The notes under the pieces: model-generated | What the model was told of the DNA's origin: nothing | Databases searched by the model: none | What the model saw: the letters and a program-made list of their open reading frames with translations, nothing else | NCBI GenBank assembly: GCA_963675785.1 | Contig: OY776562.1 | Coordinates: 96,001 to 160,000 of the forward strand | Origin: Anaerolineae bacterium | Lineage (GTDB): Bacteria; Chloroflexota; Anaerolineae; UBA1429 | Direction: 5' to 3' | DNA length: 64,000 nucleotides | In this document: piece by piece, positions 51,809 to 63,236 of the stretch | Position numbering within the stretch: the stretch's first letter is position 1 | Layout: each line of letters begins with the position of its first letter | Made by a program: the position numbers and the translations under genes

Positions 51809-53086
51809 ATGCCAGACCAAAAGGGACAAAAATCTTTAGAAAAGTTATATGCCAAGGCTGAAAGTCAGGGCTATGTCACACTTGATGACATCATGGAGGT
51901 GTTTCCTGAGGTAGAGGAAAATATCTCTGAGCTTGAGGATTTATTTATTACCTTGAGTGAAGAAGGTGTCCAGGTGGTAGACGAGAAAGGCGCTGACGAG
52001 CCTGAGGTCGAGGTAGGCGAACAGCCTCCTATCGAGTCATTGGCTGATGCTGATGTCGAAACCGATGTTGACAACGACATCGATACTGACATTGACACAG
52101 ACGAGGCCATGGAAGCTGTGCAAAAATCGCAACGAGCTCGCAAGAGTGCCGGCGATGCCCAATTTGACCTCAGCGAGATATCGAGTGATGACACCATTAG
52201 CTTGTATCTCAAAGAGATGGCACGTGTGCCGCTCTTGACGGCCGATGAGGAGGTGTCGTTGTCCCGTGCCTACGAACAGGGACAATTTGCCATGCAAGCC
52301 CTGGAAAAGGGCACGGACCTCACAGAGGACGACAAAGATCGTCTTGCTATCTTGGTTGAGGAAGGCGAAGAGGCACGTGCACACCTGATCCGGGCTAATA
52401 CCCGCCTTGTGGTGAGCATTGCTAAACGTTACCTTGGTCAGGGGGTACCTTTCTTGGATTTGATCCAAGAAGGTAATCTGGGTTTGATCAAAGCCGTCGA
52501 AAAGTTTGACTATCACCGCGGGCACAGGTTTAGCACCTATGCAACATGGTGGATTCGCCAGGCTATTACCCGAGCCTTGGCCGACCAGGGACGTGTGATT
52601 CGACTGCCAGTGCACCTCAGTGACCGGATTCGTAAGGTATATCAGGTTGCCCAGCAGTTGGAACAGGATTGGGGCAGGCAACCCACGCCCGAAGAGATTG
52701 CCGAAGAGCTTCAACTTTCGCCGCAAAAGGTGCAGTGGATGCTCAAGGTATCTCAGCGACCACTTTCTTTGGAAAAGCCTGTTGGCGAAGAAGAAGATAG
52801 CGAGTTGGGTAGCTTTATTCCTGATGATGAGACGCCTTCTCCGACGGATGCGGCCTATCACGATTTGCTGCATGACAAGCTAGAGGAAATTCTTTCTACG
52901 CTTACACCACGTGAGGCGCGTATTTTGCGGCTTCGTTTTGGTTTGCAGGATGGTCGCAGCTATACCCTGGAAGAAGTAGGACGCAAATTTGGTCTGACGC
53001 GTGAGCGCATTCGGCAGATCGAACATGAAGCCTTGGATCGTTTGCGCCATCCCAGTCGCGCCAGGCAGCTTCGCGACTATCTATAG
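51809..53086 (+). CDS. rpoD: Primary-type (group 1) RNA polymerase sigma-70 factor
   Basis: Region 1.1, acidic linker, [40 protein letters not shown]. Confidence 0.88.
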   Translation: MPDQKGQKSLEKLYAKAESQGYVTLDDIMEVFPEVEENISELEDLFITLSEEGVQVVDEKGADEPEVEVGEQPPIESLADADVETDVDNDIDTDIDTDEAMEAVQKSQRARKSAGDAQFDLSEISSDDTISLYLKEMARVPLLTADEEVSLSRAYEQGQFAMQALEKGTDLTEDDKDRLAILVEEGEEARAHLIRANTRLVVSIAKRYLGQGVPFLDLIQEGNLGLIKAVEKFDYHRGHRFSTYATWWIRQAITRALADQGRVIRLPVHLSDRIRKVYQVAQQLEQDWGRQPTPEEIAEELQLSPQKVQWMLKVSQRPLSLEKPVGEEEDSELGSFIPDDETPSPTDAAYHDLLHDKLEEILSTLTPREARILRLRFGLQDGRSYTLEEVGRKFGLTRERIRQIEHEALDRLRHPSRARQLRDYL

Positions 53087-53097
53087 ATTCGAGCTTT

Positions 53098-53130
53098 TAC
53101 GAGCCGGACATTGTCCGGCTCGTTTTTTTT
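53098..53130 (+). terminator. Terminator after rpoD
   Basis: ACGAGCCGGAC-ATT-GTCCGGCTCGTTTTTTTT. Confidence 0.85.
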
Positions 53131-53185
53131 GTTGCCTTGATGTGTTGACTTGTATACAATGCTGACAACAGGGGAGGAGAAGGGC

Positions 53186-54091
53186 ATGATGCGCCTGGGC
53201 TTTCCGGGGCGGGTGTATGGGCTTGGTATTGCAGGAACAGACGAAGAATCCGACCTGGGCAAGTGGCTTGCTCATCTCTCCGATCTCGTTCGTTATTTGA
53301 CCAAGCATCAAATACGGCTGTATAGGCCTATTTTCCCCGACTTTTCTTCAGCCGCCGTATATGAGAGCGAATTGCTCGATCAGTCGGCTTTTGTGGCCTT
53401 GCTGGCGCAAGAGATTGCCAACGCGGATATTCGCTTGACAGCGCACATGCCCCTAACTCTTGTGTTGAGTACGGCCGACGATGCACAGGCAGATGCGACC
53501 GCGGACTGGCTCACTTGGGCTTCTCATTTGCTGAGTTTGTTGACACCTGGCAATGATGGTCTTCTGGTTGCCCATTTTGGGGGTATCTATGCAGATAAAG
53601 AGGCCGCGATAGCGGCCTTTTGCAAACGCTATGAGGCGCTTCCAGAAAGAGTGCGCGGCATGTTGTGCTTGGAGAACGATGACCACGGCCTTTCTTTTGC
53701 CGAAGTGATGTGCATCCATCAGCGTGTGGGTGTTCCCATCGTTCTGGACAATCTGCATTTCTGTGTAAACAATCCAGAGAGGATGCCGCTGGCGACAGCC
53801 TTGGAGCAGGCTATGGCAAGTTGGCCCCTTGATAAGGTGCCCAAAGTACACTATTGTGATCCCAGAACTGAGGCACGAGGGTTGGGGCGTGGTCGCGTCA
53901 AGCTGCCGACCTGGACCGAACACAGCGATTTTGTAAATCCTTTTGCACTGATCGATTTTGCGCAACGGCTCGCTAATTTGGGGCCTGTTGATATAATGCT
54001 TGAAGCTAAGGCACGCGATTTAGCCTGGCTCAAGCTGCGGGATGACCTGATGCGTTATGCTCCAGCCCTGAACGGAATGTTTGCGGGATAA
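53186..54091 (+). CDS. uvsE: UV-damage endonuclease (UVDE)
   Basis: MRLGF start, HFGGIY, LENDD, LDNLH, PKVHY, EHSDFV, DIMLEAKARD; GGAGGAG SD. Confidence 0.85.
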   Translation: MMRLGFPGRVYGLGIAGTDEESDLGKWLAHLSDLVRYLTKHQIRLYRPIFPDFSSAAVYESELLDQSAFVALLAQEIANADIRLTAHMPLTLVLSTADDAQADATADWLTWASHLLSLLTPGNDGLLVAHFGGIYADKEAAIAAFCKRYEALPERVRGMLCLENDDHGLSFAEVMCIHQRVGVPIVLDNLHFCVNNPERMPLATALEQAMASWPLDKVPKVHYCDPRTEARGLGRGRVKLPTWTEHSDFVNPFALIDFAQRLANLGPVDIMLEAKARDLAWLKLRDDLMRYAPALNGMFAG

Positions 54092-54119
54092 CTGGCTTTT
54101 ATAGTTGACGCAAGTTTCA

Positions 54120-54149
54120 TTGACAATCATTTTTGGATTATGTTATCAT
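54120..54149 (+). promoter_or_regulatory. ftsZ promoter
   Basis: TTGACA-18 bp-TATCAT with extended TG. Confidence 0.6.
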
Positions 54150-54253
54150 ATCCCATACTTGGTGCTGGCGGACGAGCTGCTGCAGTTTTGTCTACGAGGC
54201 CATGTTGATTCGTAGATGGGTGCGGCAGAGGTATCGTCGGGGAGGAGAAGCAT

Positions 54254-55423
<1,170 letters not shown>

Positions 55424-55438
55424 AAACATCTTCTAAGC

Positions 55439-55476
55439 AAGAGGTCCGCAGTATATACTGCGGACCTCTTTTCTTT
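55439..55476. terminator. Terminator between convergent ftsZ and aroQ
   Basis: AAGAGGTCCGCAGTA-TA-TACTGCGGACCTCTTTTCTTT. Confidence 0.8.
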
Positions 55477-55905
55477 TCATTCGGACAGGGCTTCTAGGGC
55501 CAGTTTGTAGCCAGCCCAACCTAGGCCGCTGATTTGTCCGCGGCACACCGGTGCCGTTACGGAATGATGCCTCATCTCTTCACGCGCATAGATGTTAGAG
55601 AGGTGCACCTCAATGACCGGCACGGGAATGGCGGCGATGGCGTCGCGAATGGCCACACTATAGTGCGTATACCCCCCCGGATTGATAACAATGCCTTCAA
55701 ATTCGTTCGACGTTTGTTGCAACCAGTCGATGATTTCCCCTTCGTGGTTGGATTGACGACATTCCAGCCCGATCCCTCTTTCTCTTGCCCAGTTCAGCAG
55801 GCGCTGGTTGATATCTTCCAAAGTGTCGGCGCCATAGATATCAGGCTCGCGCATGCCCAGCATGTTGAGATTAGGTCCATTGATGACCAGGAATCGCTTG
55901 CTCAT
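55477..55905 (-). CDS. aroQ: Type II 3-dehydroquinate dehydratase
   Basis: NGPNLNMLGMREPDIYG, QSNHEG, EVHLSN. Confidence 0.96.
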   Translation of the reverse strand: MSKRFLVINGPNLNMLGMREPDIYGADTLEDINQRLLNWARERGIGLECRQSNHEGEIIDWLQQTSNEFEGIVINPGGYTHYSVAIRDAIAAIPVPVIEVHLSNIYAREEMRHHSVTAPVCRGQISGLGWAGYKLALEALSE

Positions 55906-57476
55906 GCTCTACTCCTCTCGAGCGCTTGCCGAACAACGGCAAGATCGTCGATGCTGTACAGATCTACCTGCCCAATATCATGGGGCAATACCAACCGCAT
56001 TACACCCTTGAGCGTTTTTTTATCGGATTGCATGGCCTGGATGACGGCTTTGATGCTCTCTGCCGGCCAGCGAACGGGCAGGTTATGGCGCTGCAATGTG
56101 TTTTCGATGCGTTGACACGTTTCACTGTTGCATAACCCCATGATCTCAGCGGTGCGGGCTGCTGTCGCCGTGCCCATGCTCACGGCAAAGCCATGGGGCA
56201 GGGTGTAGTTGCTGAGCAGCTCAAAAGCGTGGCCAAAGGTATGGCCCAGATTTAGAACAGCGCGCAGGCCGTGTTCCTGTGGATCTTGCTGCACAATGCG
56301 GATCTTAACTTCCAGGGCACGTTCGACCATCCAACGCAAAGGGGCATCGCCCTGTTCCAGGCGTTCGAACAGCTCGGGGTCATCAATGATGCCAGCTTTG
56401 ATGATCTCGGCGAGGCCGCACTGTACTTGCGTCTCATCCAAAGTGCTGGCTAAGGCGGGATCGATGGCCACCAATCGAGGTGCCATAAAAGCACCTACGA
56501 GGTTCTTGCCGCTAGGCAAGTCCACCGCCACCTTGCCCCCCACGGAAGCGTCAACCATGCCCAATAGGGTGGTGGGCATTTGTATCAAGCCTATGCCGCG
56601 CATATAGGTGCTGGCTGCAAAGCCCGCCATATCGGTGATAACGCCGCCTCCCAGCGCGACGACGGTACTGGAACGATCCAATCCTGCAGCTACAAAACCC
56701 TCGTACAGTTGTGAGAGGGTATCGAGGTTCTTGTGTTGTTCACCGGGCGGTAGAATAAGGCGGTGAACGGGTCTGTCCATAGTCTTGAGCGCGCCCTCAA
56801 CGGCTTTGCCGTAATAATGCCAGACGTTCTCATCACTCACTATCATAACGGCACCTTGTCCACAGTGGGCTTGTAGCAAGCTGGGCAGGTTGGGGGTGAT
56901 GTGATCGGCTATGACAATGGCGTAATCGCCCGCGGTGGAGCTGATATGATAACTGTTCGGTTGGCCTCGCCACATTGAGAGGATCTGCGCAACAATCTCG
57001 TTCTCGCTTCGTTTCGTGGTGTCGATATGCCAGGGGATGCGCGCATAGGCGCTACGCCGTGCGGCTAGGAGTGTGCGAATGCTGGTCAGCGTATCGCCCT
57101 GCTGTAGCAGTGGGCGCGATTCATCGCCCTCCAGTCGCTCGGCCAGCGCCTCTGGCGATGCGTCCAAGCAGATGACCAGCCCCGAGTCCTCGGCAAGGAT
57201 GAGGTTTTCTTCGGAGACAAGAGCCCCGCCGCCAGTGGCGATGACCTGTCCTTGTTCTGCAACAAGATCGCTCAACACCTGTCTCTCGATCTGTCTAAAG
57301 ACAGTCTCGCCATCTTGGGCAAATATCTCACTGATGGTCTTGCTGGCACGCATCTCGATGAGACTGTCCATGTCGGCAAAGGGTCTGCCGAGTTCGTCTG
57401 CCAGCAGCTGGCCAATGCTGCTTTTGCCGGTGCCCATAAAGCCCGTAATGACAATGCTGCGCTTATCGACGATCAT
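55902..57476 (-). CDS. aroKB: Fused shikimate kinase / 3-dehydroquinate synthase
   Basis: N-terminal GFMGTGKS and ATGGG (AroK); C-terminal GGGVITD, PTTLLGMVDASVGGK, LNLGHTFGHA (AroB). Confidence 0.93.
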   Translation of the reverse strand: MIVDKRSIVITGFMGTGKSSIGQLLADELGRPFADMDSLIEMRASKTISEIFAQDGETVFRQIERQVLSDLVAEQGQVIATGGGALVSEENLILAEDSGLVICLDASPEALAERLEGDESRPLLQQGDTLTSIRTLLAARRSAYARIPWHIDTTKRSENEIVAQILSMWRGQPNSYHISSTAGDYAIVIADHITPNLPSLLQAHCGQGAVMIVSDENVWHYYGKAVEGALKTMDRPVHRLILPPGEQHKNLDTLSQLYEGFVAAGLDRSSTVVALGGGVITDMAGFAASTYMRGIGLIQMPTTLLGMVDASVGGKVAVDLPSGKNLVGAFMAPRLVAIDPALASTLDETQVQCGLAEIIKAGIIDDPELFERLEQGDAPLRWMVERALEVKIRIVQQDPQEHGLRAVLNLGHTFGHAFELLSNYTLPHGFAVSMGTATAARTAEIMGLCNSETCQRIENTLQRHNLPVRWPAESIKAVIQAMQSDKKTLKGVMRLVLPHDIGQVDLYSIDDLAVVRQALERSRA

Positions 57477-58581
57477 GTTCGAGTCTTTCTAACAGATCTT
57501 GCATGGTGTCGCCACCAAAACGTTCCAGTAGGACGGCCATTAGCGTCCAGGCAACCATAGCCTCGCCTACGACGGCCGCCGCGGGTACTGCACATACGTC
57601 CGAGCGCTGGTACTGTGTTTCGGCTGCCTCGCCGCTGTTCAGGTCGATGGTGGGTTGATTCTTGATGGTGGTAGGGATGGGTTTCATGGCTGCTCGCACG
57701 ATGATGGGCTCACCATTGCTCATGCCGCCCTCTAGACCGCCTGCACGATTGGTTTTGCGCGTGTAGCCGCCTTTACCATCGGGGTAGAGGGCATCGTGAA
57801 CCTTGGTGCCGGGCAGGCCGGCGTTCTCAAAAGCAGGACCAATCTCGATGCCTTTGACGGCTTGAATGCTCATCATCGCCTGAGCCAGACGAGCGTCCAG
57901 ACGGTCTTCCCAAACGGCATAGGTGCCCAGTCCCACGGGTAAATTCTGAGCGGTTACCACAAAGATGCCTCCCAGTGAATCCCCCGCGGTTTTGGCATTA
58001 TCGATGGCTTGACGCATGTCTGCGGCAGCCCGGGTATCAGGACAAGAGACGTCAGAGTCTAGAGCGGCAGCGATGCGCTCGTCGAGGGACATATGCTCCA
58101 ATGAGGCACAAACGCCACCGATGGATTCGACATAACTGCCGACGGTAATGTCGGCTGCAGCCAGCACCTGAGCGGCGATAGCCCCCACGGCCACACGTGC
58201 AGCAGTCTCACGAGCGCTGGATCTTTCAGCAATGAGCCGTAGGTCGTCGATGGCGTATTTATGGGCTCCAGCCAGATCGGCATGGCCTGGGCGAGGGCGG
58301 CGCCAGACTGGCACTACTTTTTCCTGCCAGTTCTCGTAATCGCGATTAGGCACTACGAGTGCTAACGGTGAACCGATGGTGACACCCTGAACTACACCGC
58401 CAAGGATGCGTACGGTATCGGTCTCGATGCGCTGACGTGCACCGCGGCCATAACCGCCCTGACGTCGCGTGAGCATGGCGTTCATGGCGTCAGTATCAAT
58501 GGTCAAACCGGCGGGCAGCCCTTCGAGGATGGCCGTCAGGCAAGGACCGTGGGATTCACCAGCTGTTGTGAACTTGATCAT
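57463..58581 (-). CDS. aroC: Chorismate synthase
   Basis: TAGESHG, RPGHADL, ERSSARETA, GGLEGGMSNG, RSDVCAVP. Confidence 0.97.
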   Translation of the reverse strand: MIKFTTAGESHGPCLTAILEGLPAGLTIDTDAMNAMLTRRQGGYGRGARQRIETDTVRILGGVVQGVTIGSPLALVVPNRDYENWQEKVVPVWRRPRPGHADLAGAHKYAIDDLRLIAERSSARETAARVAVGAIAAQVLAAADITVGSYVESIGGVCASLEHMSLDERIAAALDSDVSCPDTRAAADMRQAIDNAKTAGDSLGGIFVVTAQNLPVGLGTYAVWEDRLDARLAQAMMSIQAVKGIEIGPAFENAGLPGTKVHDALYPDGKGGYTRKTNRAGGLEGGMSNGEPIIVRAAMKPIPTTIKNQPTIDLNSGEAAETQYQRSDVCAVPAAAVVGEAMVAWTLMAVLLERFGGDTMQDLLERLEHDRR

Positions 58582-59453
58582 TTTGCAGCCTCCATGGCGC
58601 TGCAGCAGGCCTCGTACATCCTCTTTACATTGGGTCGCCGCCCGGTCCATAGCTCAAAGGCGGCAGCTCCCTGATGTACAAGCATACCCAACCCATTGGA
58701 CACCTGAGCACCAACGCTTCTGGCTTGTTGCATCAAGCGGGTCTCGGTAGGATTGTAGACGAGGTCGAACAAAAAAGCCTCTGTTGGGAATGCCAAGTCC
58801 TCTGGCCAGACCGTGGTACCTTCTTTGGGGTGCATACCCATCGAGGTGCAGTGGACTATCAGGTCTACCCCTTTTGAAGCGCTGTCCAGGGTCTCAGTGG
58901 CCAAGGGGATAGCTTCCACAGAGACCTGTGAATTGACACTTCTCATGGTTTCAGCCAGTTCTTCGGCGCGGGCCGTTGTGCGGTTGGCGATGCGCACCTG
59001 GTAGCCCTGACTAAGTAGAGCATAGACAATAGCTCTGCTGGCCCCGCCGGCTCCCAAAACCAGAGCGCGTCTTTTCCCGGGGATATAGCCCGCTTCCAGA
59101 AGCGCTGCCCAGAATCCTTCCGCGTCGGTGTTGTGTCCCAGCAGTCCTTCTGGGCGAATAGCCACGGTATTCACAGCGCCAATAGCTCTGGCGGCGGGTG
59201 TTAGCTCGTCCACCAACGAGAGCAGGGCCTGTTTGTGGGGAATCGTGGCATTAAACCCCTTGATTCCTAGGGCCACCATGCCTTGGACGGCTTCCGGCAA
59301 ATTGTCGGGATGCACGGAAAAGGGCACATAACACCAGTCTATGCCTAGATCAACAAAGGCAGCGTTCTGCATTTGCGGTGAGACACTGTGTTCGATGGGG
59401 TAGCCAATGACAGCGGCAATGTGCGTTCTGCCTCTTGGCCAGAGCTGTTTCAT
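58578..59453 (-). CDS. aroE: Shikimate dehydrogenase
   Basis: HSVSPQMQN, NATIPHK, GAVNT, NTD, GAGGAS, GLGMLVHQG. Confidence 0.95.
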   Translation of the reverse strand: MKQLWPRGRTHIAAVIGYPIEHSVSPQMQNAAFVDLGIDWCYVPFSVHPDNLPEAVQGMVALGIKGFNATIPHKQALLSLVDELTPAARAIGAVNTVAIRPEGLLGHNTDAEGFWAALLEAGYIPGKRRALVLGAGGASRAIVYALLSQGYQVRIANRTTARAEELAETMRSVNSQVSVEAIPLATETLDSASKGVDLIVHCTSMGMHPKEGTTVWPEDLAFPTEAFLFDLVYNPTETRLMQQARSVGAQVSNGLGMLVHQGAAAFELWTGRRPNVKRMYEACCSAMEAAK

Positions 59454-60742
59454 ACGTTGATTTCTCCTAGGCGATCGAGGATCTCGCTGAACCCCGGAAA
59501 CGAATCGGGTATACATTCCGCGTCGTGGATGGTGGTTTCGCCGTGAGCGACGAGTCCGGCAATGGCCAGGGTCATTGCCAGGCGATGGTCGCCATAGCTT
59601 TGTACCGTAGCGCCCTGAAGCTGCCCAACACCCTCGATGATGAAACCATCCTCTGTCGGCTGGATTTGTGCACCCAGTGCAGTCAATTCGCGACTGACGG
59701 TATCGATGCGATCAGACTCTTTGTGGCGCAATTCGGCGGCATCGCGCACGATAGTGCTACCCTGGGCACAGGCTGCCGCCAGTGCCAGAACGGGTAATTC
59801 GTCGATCATCCGCGGTACTATGCTACCGCTCACCTCGATGCCGTGTAGCAGAGCGTGCTCTACTACAATATCGCCTACGGGTTCGCCGCCCGCATCGTGA
59901 ATATTCTCTAACGCGATGTGCGCGCCCATAGCATTGAGCACGTCGATGAGGCCAGTACGCGTGGGATTGACCCCCACGCCCTGGATACGGACCTTGCTTC
60001 CCGGCACTAATGTGGCGGCGGCAATAAGATAGCTGGCTGAAGATATATCGCCGGGGATGGTCATATCCATGGAAAGTAAACCTTCGATAGGGCCGCGCAG
60101 GATGTGGTGCAGATTCTCACTTTGCAAGTTCACGCCGCGGGCGCGCAGCATACGCTCGGTGTGGTCTCTGCTCGGGCCCGGTTCGACGACAATGGTCTCC
60201 CCTTTGGCATACAGGCCGGCCAGCAGCAGGCAAGATTTGACCTGGGCACTGGCAACGTTGAGATAGTGCTCGTAACCGCTCAACACTGTTCCTTCGATCT
60301 CAAGAGGCGGTGTGCCTTCGGGTTTGCAGATAATTCGGGCTCCCATGCAGGCCAGAGGTTCGGTGATACGGCGCATGGGGCGTTTTAGCAATTGAGGATC
60401 ACCGTTTAGCACAGAGGTGAATGACTGTGCCGCCAGAACACCCGCCCCCAGGCGCATCGTTGTACCTGAGCGAAGGCAGTTGATCGGCCCTTTAGGGGGG
60501 GTGAGACCGTGCAATCCGCGGCCGTGAACGACGATTTTGCTTCCCTGTTCTTCTACTCGGACACCCAATGCGCCCAGCATGCCCACGGTGGCGCTGCAAT
60601 CGCCCTCCATCAGCATGTGCTCAAGGTGTGAATCGCCAGAGGCCAGTGCAGAGAGCAACAAGGCGCGATGGGATATGGATTTGTCTCCGGGTACCGTTGT
60701 CTCGCCGATCAAAGGGCCGGAAGGGCGGCTAGTCATCTTCAT
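59450..60742 (-). CDS. aroA: 3-phosphoshikimate 1-carboxyvinyltransferase (EPSP synthase)
   Basis: PGDKSISHR, SGTTMRL, SAQVKS, RDHTE, KESDR, DHRLAM. Confidence 0.97.
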   Translation of the reverse strand: MKMTSRPSGPLIGETTVPGDKSISHRALLLSALASGDSHLEHMLMEGDCSATVGMLGALGVRVEEQGSKIVVHGRGLHGLTPPKGPINCLRSGTTMRLGAGVLAAQSFTSVLNGDPQLLKRPMRRITEPLACMGARIICKPEGTPPLEIEGTVLSGYEHYLNVASAQVKSCLLLAGLYAKGETIVVEPGPSRDHTERMLRARGVNLQSENLHHILRGPIEGLLSMDMTIPGDISSASYLIAAATLVPGSKVRIQGVGVNPTRTGLIDVLNAMGAHIALENIHDAGGEPVGDIVVEHALLHGIEVSGSIVPRMIDELPVLALAAACAQGSTIVRDAAELRHKESDRIDTVSRELTALGAQIQPTEDGFIIEGVGQLQGATVQSYGDHRLAMTLAIAGLVAHGETTIHDAECIPDSFPGFSEILDRLGEINV

Positions 60743-61611
60743 CGGTACAACTCCTGGCGAAGATCACGGGCAGCTTCAAGCTTTTGACGCAGGGCCTCCA
60801 GGTTGTTGCTTTTCAGCGCACCAGATATGCTGGCCAGCACACTGCTGGATTGGTCGAGGCATTCGCCCACATAATCGGCGTTAGTAGCCAGAATGTCCAT
60901 CATCATGGTGACATCACTAGCGGCTATACGGCTGGTATCGCGGAACCCTGAAGAGGCCAACTGCCAGGTCATTTCATCGTCACCACTTGCTGTGTTGGCT
61001 GCGCTAACCAGCGTAGCCGACAGCAAGTAAGGCAGGTGGCTGATAGCGGCCACAATGCGATCGTGTCGATCCGCTTCCATATGCAGCGGTCTGGCGCCGA
61101 TAGTCAGGATAAGTTGTTCAAGAATCGCGCTCTCTCTGTCACTGGTTCGAGCGTTGGACGTCATGACGTAGGTTTTATCAAGGAATAGACCGGGATCCGC
61201 CATGGCAAGGCCCGGCCGTTCTTTGCCGCACATGGGGTGACCGCCAATGGCGCCGATTTCTTTGGGCAGAGCCGACATGGTCTCGCAAATGACCCGCTTG
61301 GTGCTGCCCAGATCCGTAAGTATGGATCCCGGTTTCATCAGGGGGCCATACTTACGGATCTGTTCGATAATAGTGATTACAGGCGTTGCCAGCACTACAA
61401 GGTCGGCTTCGGCCACAGCTTTTTCGGCATCCATGGTGCCTTCATCAATGTAGCGCAGGTCTCGGGCTGTTTCGATGCTCGTTTCTCTGCGAGAGACGCC
61501 AATGACGTGTTTGCAGGCTTTACGCGTCGATAGTGCTGCCGCAAGAGAACCTCCCATAAGCCCGAGACCGATGATTGCTACAGTAAAGTCTCCAAAGTCA
61601 GGCTCCTTCAT
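60739..61611 (-). CDS. tyrA: Prephenate dehydrogenase
   Basis: GLGLMGGS, DLGSTK, HPMCGKE, SHLP, GFRDTSRIA. Confidence 0.93.
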   Translation of the reverse strand: MKEPDFGDFTVAIIGLGLMGGSLAAALSTRKACKHVIGVSRRETSIETARDLRYIDEGTMDAEKAVAEADLVVLATPVITIIEQIRKYGPLMKPGSILTDLGSTKRVICETMSALPKEIGAIGGHPMCGKERPGLAMADPGLFLDKTYVMTSNARTSDRESAILEQLILTIGARPLHMEADRHDRIVAAISHLPYLLSATLVSAANTASGDDEMTWQLASSGFRDTSRIAASDVTMMMDILATNADYVGECLDQSSSVLASISGALKSNNLEALRQKLEAARDLRQELYR

Positions 61612-61613
61612 GG

Positions 61614-62630
61614 TCAGGCGACCTCCCGGCCAACCGCGGCGGCGACAGCACGCACGTTATTCATCAGCGTCGAGAACCTTTCGGGTGTGAGTGATTGAGC
61701 GCCGTCTGAGAGAGCATGCTCGGGATCCGGATGCACCTCAATGAGCAATCCATCTGCGCCGACGGCAATGGCTGCCAAAGAGAGCGAAGGCACATAATGC
61801 CAATCGCCAGCGGCATGGCTAGGGTCGACGATGACGGGCAAGTGGCTGAGTTGCTTGAGGACGGGCACTGCCGAGAGATCCAGCGTATTGCGCGTGGCGG
61901 TCTCAAAAGTGCGAATACCCCGCTCACAGAGGATGACCTGGTCGTTACCGCGTGAGAGAATGTACTCGGCCGACATGAGCAATTCTTCGAGTTTGGACAT
62001 CATGCCACGTTTGAGGATGACAGGCTTATCGGTGCTGCCTACGGCGCAGAGCAGATTGTAATTTTGCATATTGCGCGTGCCGATTTGGAAGGCGTCGGTG
62101 TACTTGGCGACGATATCGACTTGCTCAGATGACATTACTTCGGTGACGACGGGCAATTCCGTTGCCAGTCTGGCCTGGGCCAAAAGCTTGAGTCCTTCTT
62201 CACCGAGCCCCTGGAAGCTGTAGGGCGATGTGCGTGGCTTGTAGGCTCCTGCTCGGATAACCGAGGCTCCGGCTTTTTTGACCGCCTGTGCTGCGGCCAT
62301 GATTTGTGATTCGCTCTCGATCGCGCAAGGACCGGCCAGAGCTACGACTTGATTGCCGCCAATAGCCACTGTGCCAATGTGAACGATTGTATTTTGGGGG
62401 TGGAAATCGCGGCTGGCCAACTTGTACTTGGTTAATACGCGTACTGTCTTTTCCACACCCTCCATGAGACTGAAAGCATCATCATCCACCGGACGTTCGT
62501 CACCGATGATACCAATAATTGTACGTTCTTCACCAACAGAGAGATGGGTGTCAAAGCCCAGTGACTTGACGCGTGCGACAACATGATCGACCTGGGCTGT
62601 AGTGGCACTACTTTTCATCACGATGATCAT
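61614..62630 (-). CDS. aroF: DAHP synthase, type I-beta with N-terminal regulatory domain
   Basis: N-terminal ferredoxin/ACT-like segment, [30 protein letters not shown]. Confidence 0.95.
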   Translation of the reverse strand: MIIVMKSSATTAQVDHVVARVKSLGFDTHLSVGEERTIIGIIGDERPVDDDAFSLMEGVEKTVRVLTKYKLASRDFHPQNTIVHIGTVAIGGNQVVALAGPCAIESESQIMAAAQAVKKAGASVIRAGAYKPRTSPYSFQGLGEEGLKLLAQARLATELPVVTEVMSSEQVDIVAKYTDAFQIGTRNMQNYNLLCAVGSTDKPVILKRGMMSKLEELLMSAEYILSRGNDQVILCERGIRTFETATRNTLDLSAVPVLKQLSHLPVIVDPSHAAGDWHYVPSLSLAAIAVGADGLLIEVHPDPEHALSDGAQSLTPERFSTLMNNVRAVAAAVGREVA

Positions 62631-62998
62631 TCCTTCACCTCCTTGAGGTCAGGCCTGAGCTTGGATGCCTCTTTGAGGTAACTATGCTTGATCTCTGATT
62701 GGGCTTTGTCGGTATTCCATAACAAAAGCACGCGGATACAATGTGCAAGGCTTTCCTCCACCGGGATCTCACAGCTGTCCATCAAGGGAACTGTGGTCCA
62801 GCCGAGCATGCGTGCGGCCCGGGCGGGGAATGCTGCCGTCAAATCTGGGGTCACTGTAAACAGTGCTGCTGCCAGATCATCTACGTTAAAGTCATTTGCC
62901 TGCTGCATGGCTACCAATAACTCGCTCGTCGCTTCATAAATGCAATTGGCATCATTGCCGTCAGTGGTGGTGGCCCCTCGAATACCGCGTGTTGTCAT
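62627..62998 (-). CDS. aroH: Chorismate mutase, AroH class
   Basis: [27 protein letters not shown]; AAGGAG SD. Confidence 0.95.
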   Translation of the reverse strand: MTTRGIRGATTTDGNDANCIYEATSELLVAMQQANDFNVDDLAAALFTVTPDLTAAFPARAARMLGWTTVPLMDSCEIPVEESLAHCIRVLLLWNTDKAQSEIKHSYLKEASKLRPDLKEVKE

Positions 62999-63016
62999 GC
63001 ATTTCTCCTTACAAAC

Positions 63017-63049
63017 AAAAAAAGCGTGAGGCTGTGAGCCTCACGCTTT
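63017..63049 (-). terminator. Attenuator terminator in the aro operon leader
   Basis: Minus strand AAAGCGTGAGGCT-CAC-AGCCTCACGCTTTTTTT, 18 nt before the aroH start. Confidence 0.85.
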
Positions 63050-63080
63050 GGGTTACTTTTCCCCCTTCTTTGCCTACGCG

Positions 63081-63206
63081 CTAAGCCGCACCTCCCGAGT
63101 TTGGGCTGCTAAAATAGTAATAATAAAAGGCAAAGCGATAATCCGGGCAGCTGTTCTGCTGTCCGCAAAGAAGGTTATTCAATTGGCGATCGTGACTATG
63201 TTGCAT
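63081..63206 (-). CDS. Tyr/Phe-rich attenuator leader peptide, 41 aa (not in ORF track)
   Basis: MQHSHDRQLNNLLCGQQNSCPDYRFAFYYYYFSSPNSGGAA; GAGGAG SD 10 nt upstream; alternative in-frame ATG at 63224. Confidence 0.8.
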   Translation of the reverse strand: MQHSHDRQLNNLLCGQQNSCPDYRFAFYYYYFSSPNSGGAA

Positions 63207-63236
63207 AAAAAGACCGCTCCTCATGAATATGAGCCT

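Noticed and set aside
52045-52102. Imperfect 12-bp repeats in rpoD ([17 protein letters not shown])
   Set aside because: Ordinary low-complexity acidic linker of group 1 sigma factors; not a DNA-level repeat element.
52037-52873. Long antisense or alternate-frame ORFs (for example 52037-52873, 3762-4550, 15287-15955, 55534-56115, 63417-63815)
   Set aside because: They shadow well-supported genes, lack SDs and recognisable motifs, and are expected from codon bias.
63017-63230. T-box riboswitch as the aro leader mechanism
   Set aside because: No GGTGGNACC T-box motif or stem I specifier structure is visible; the leader peptide explains the terminator.
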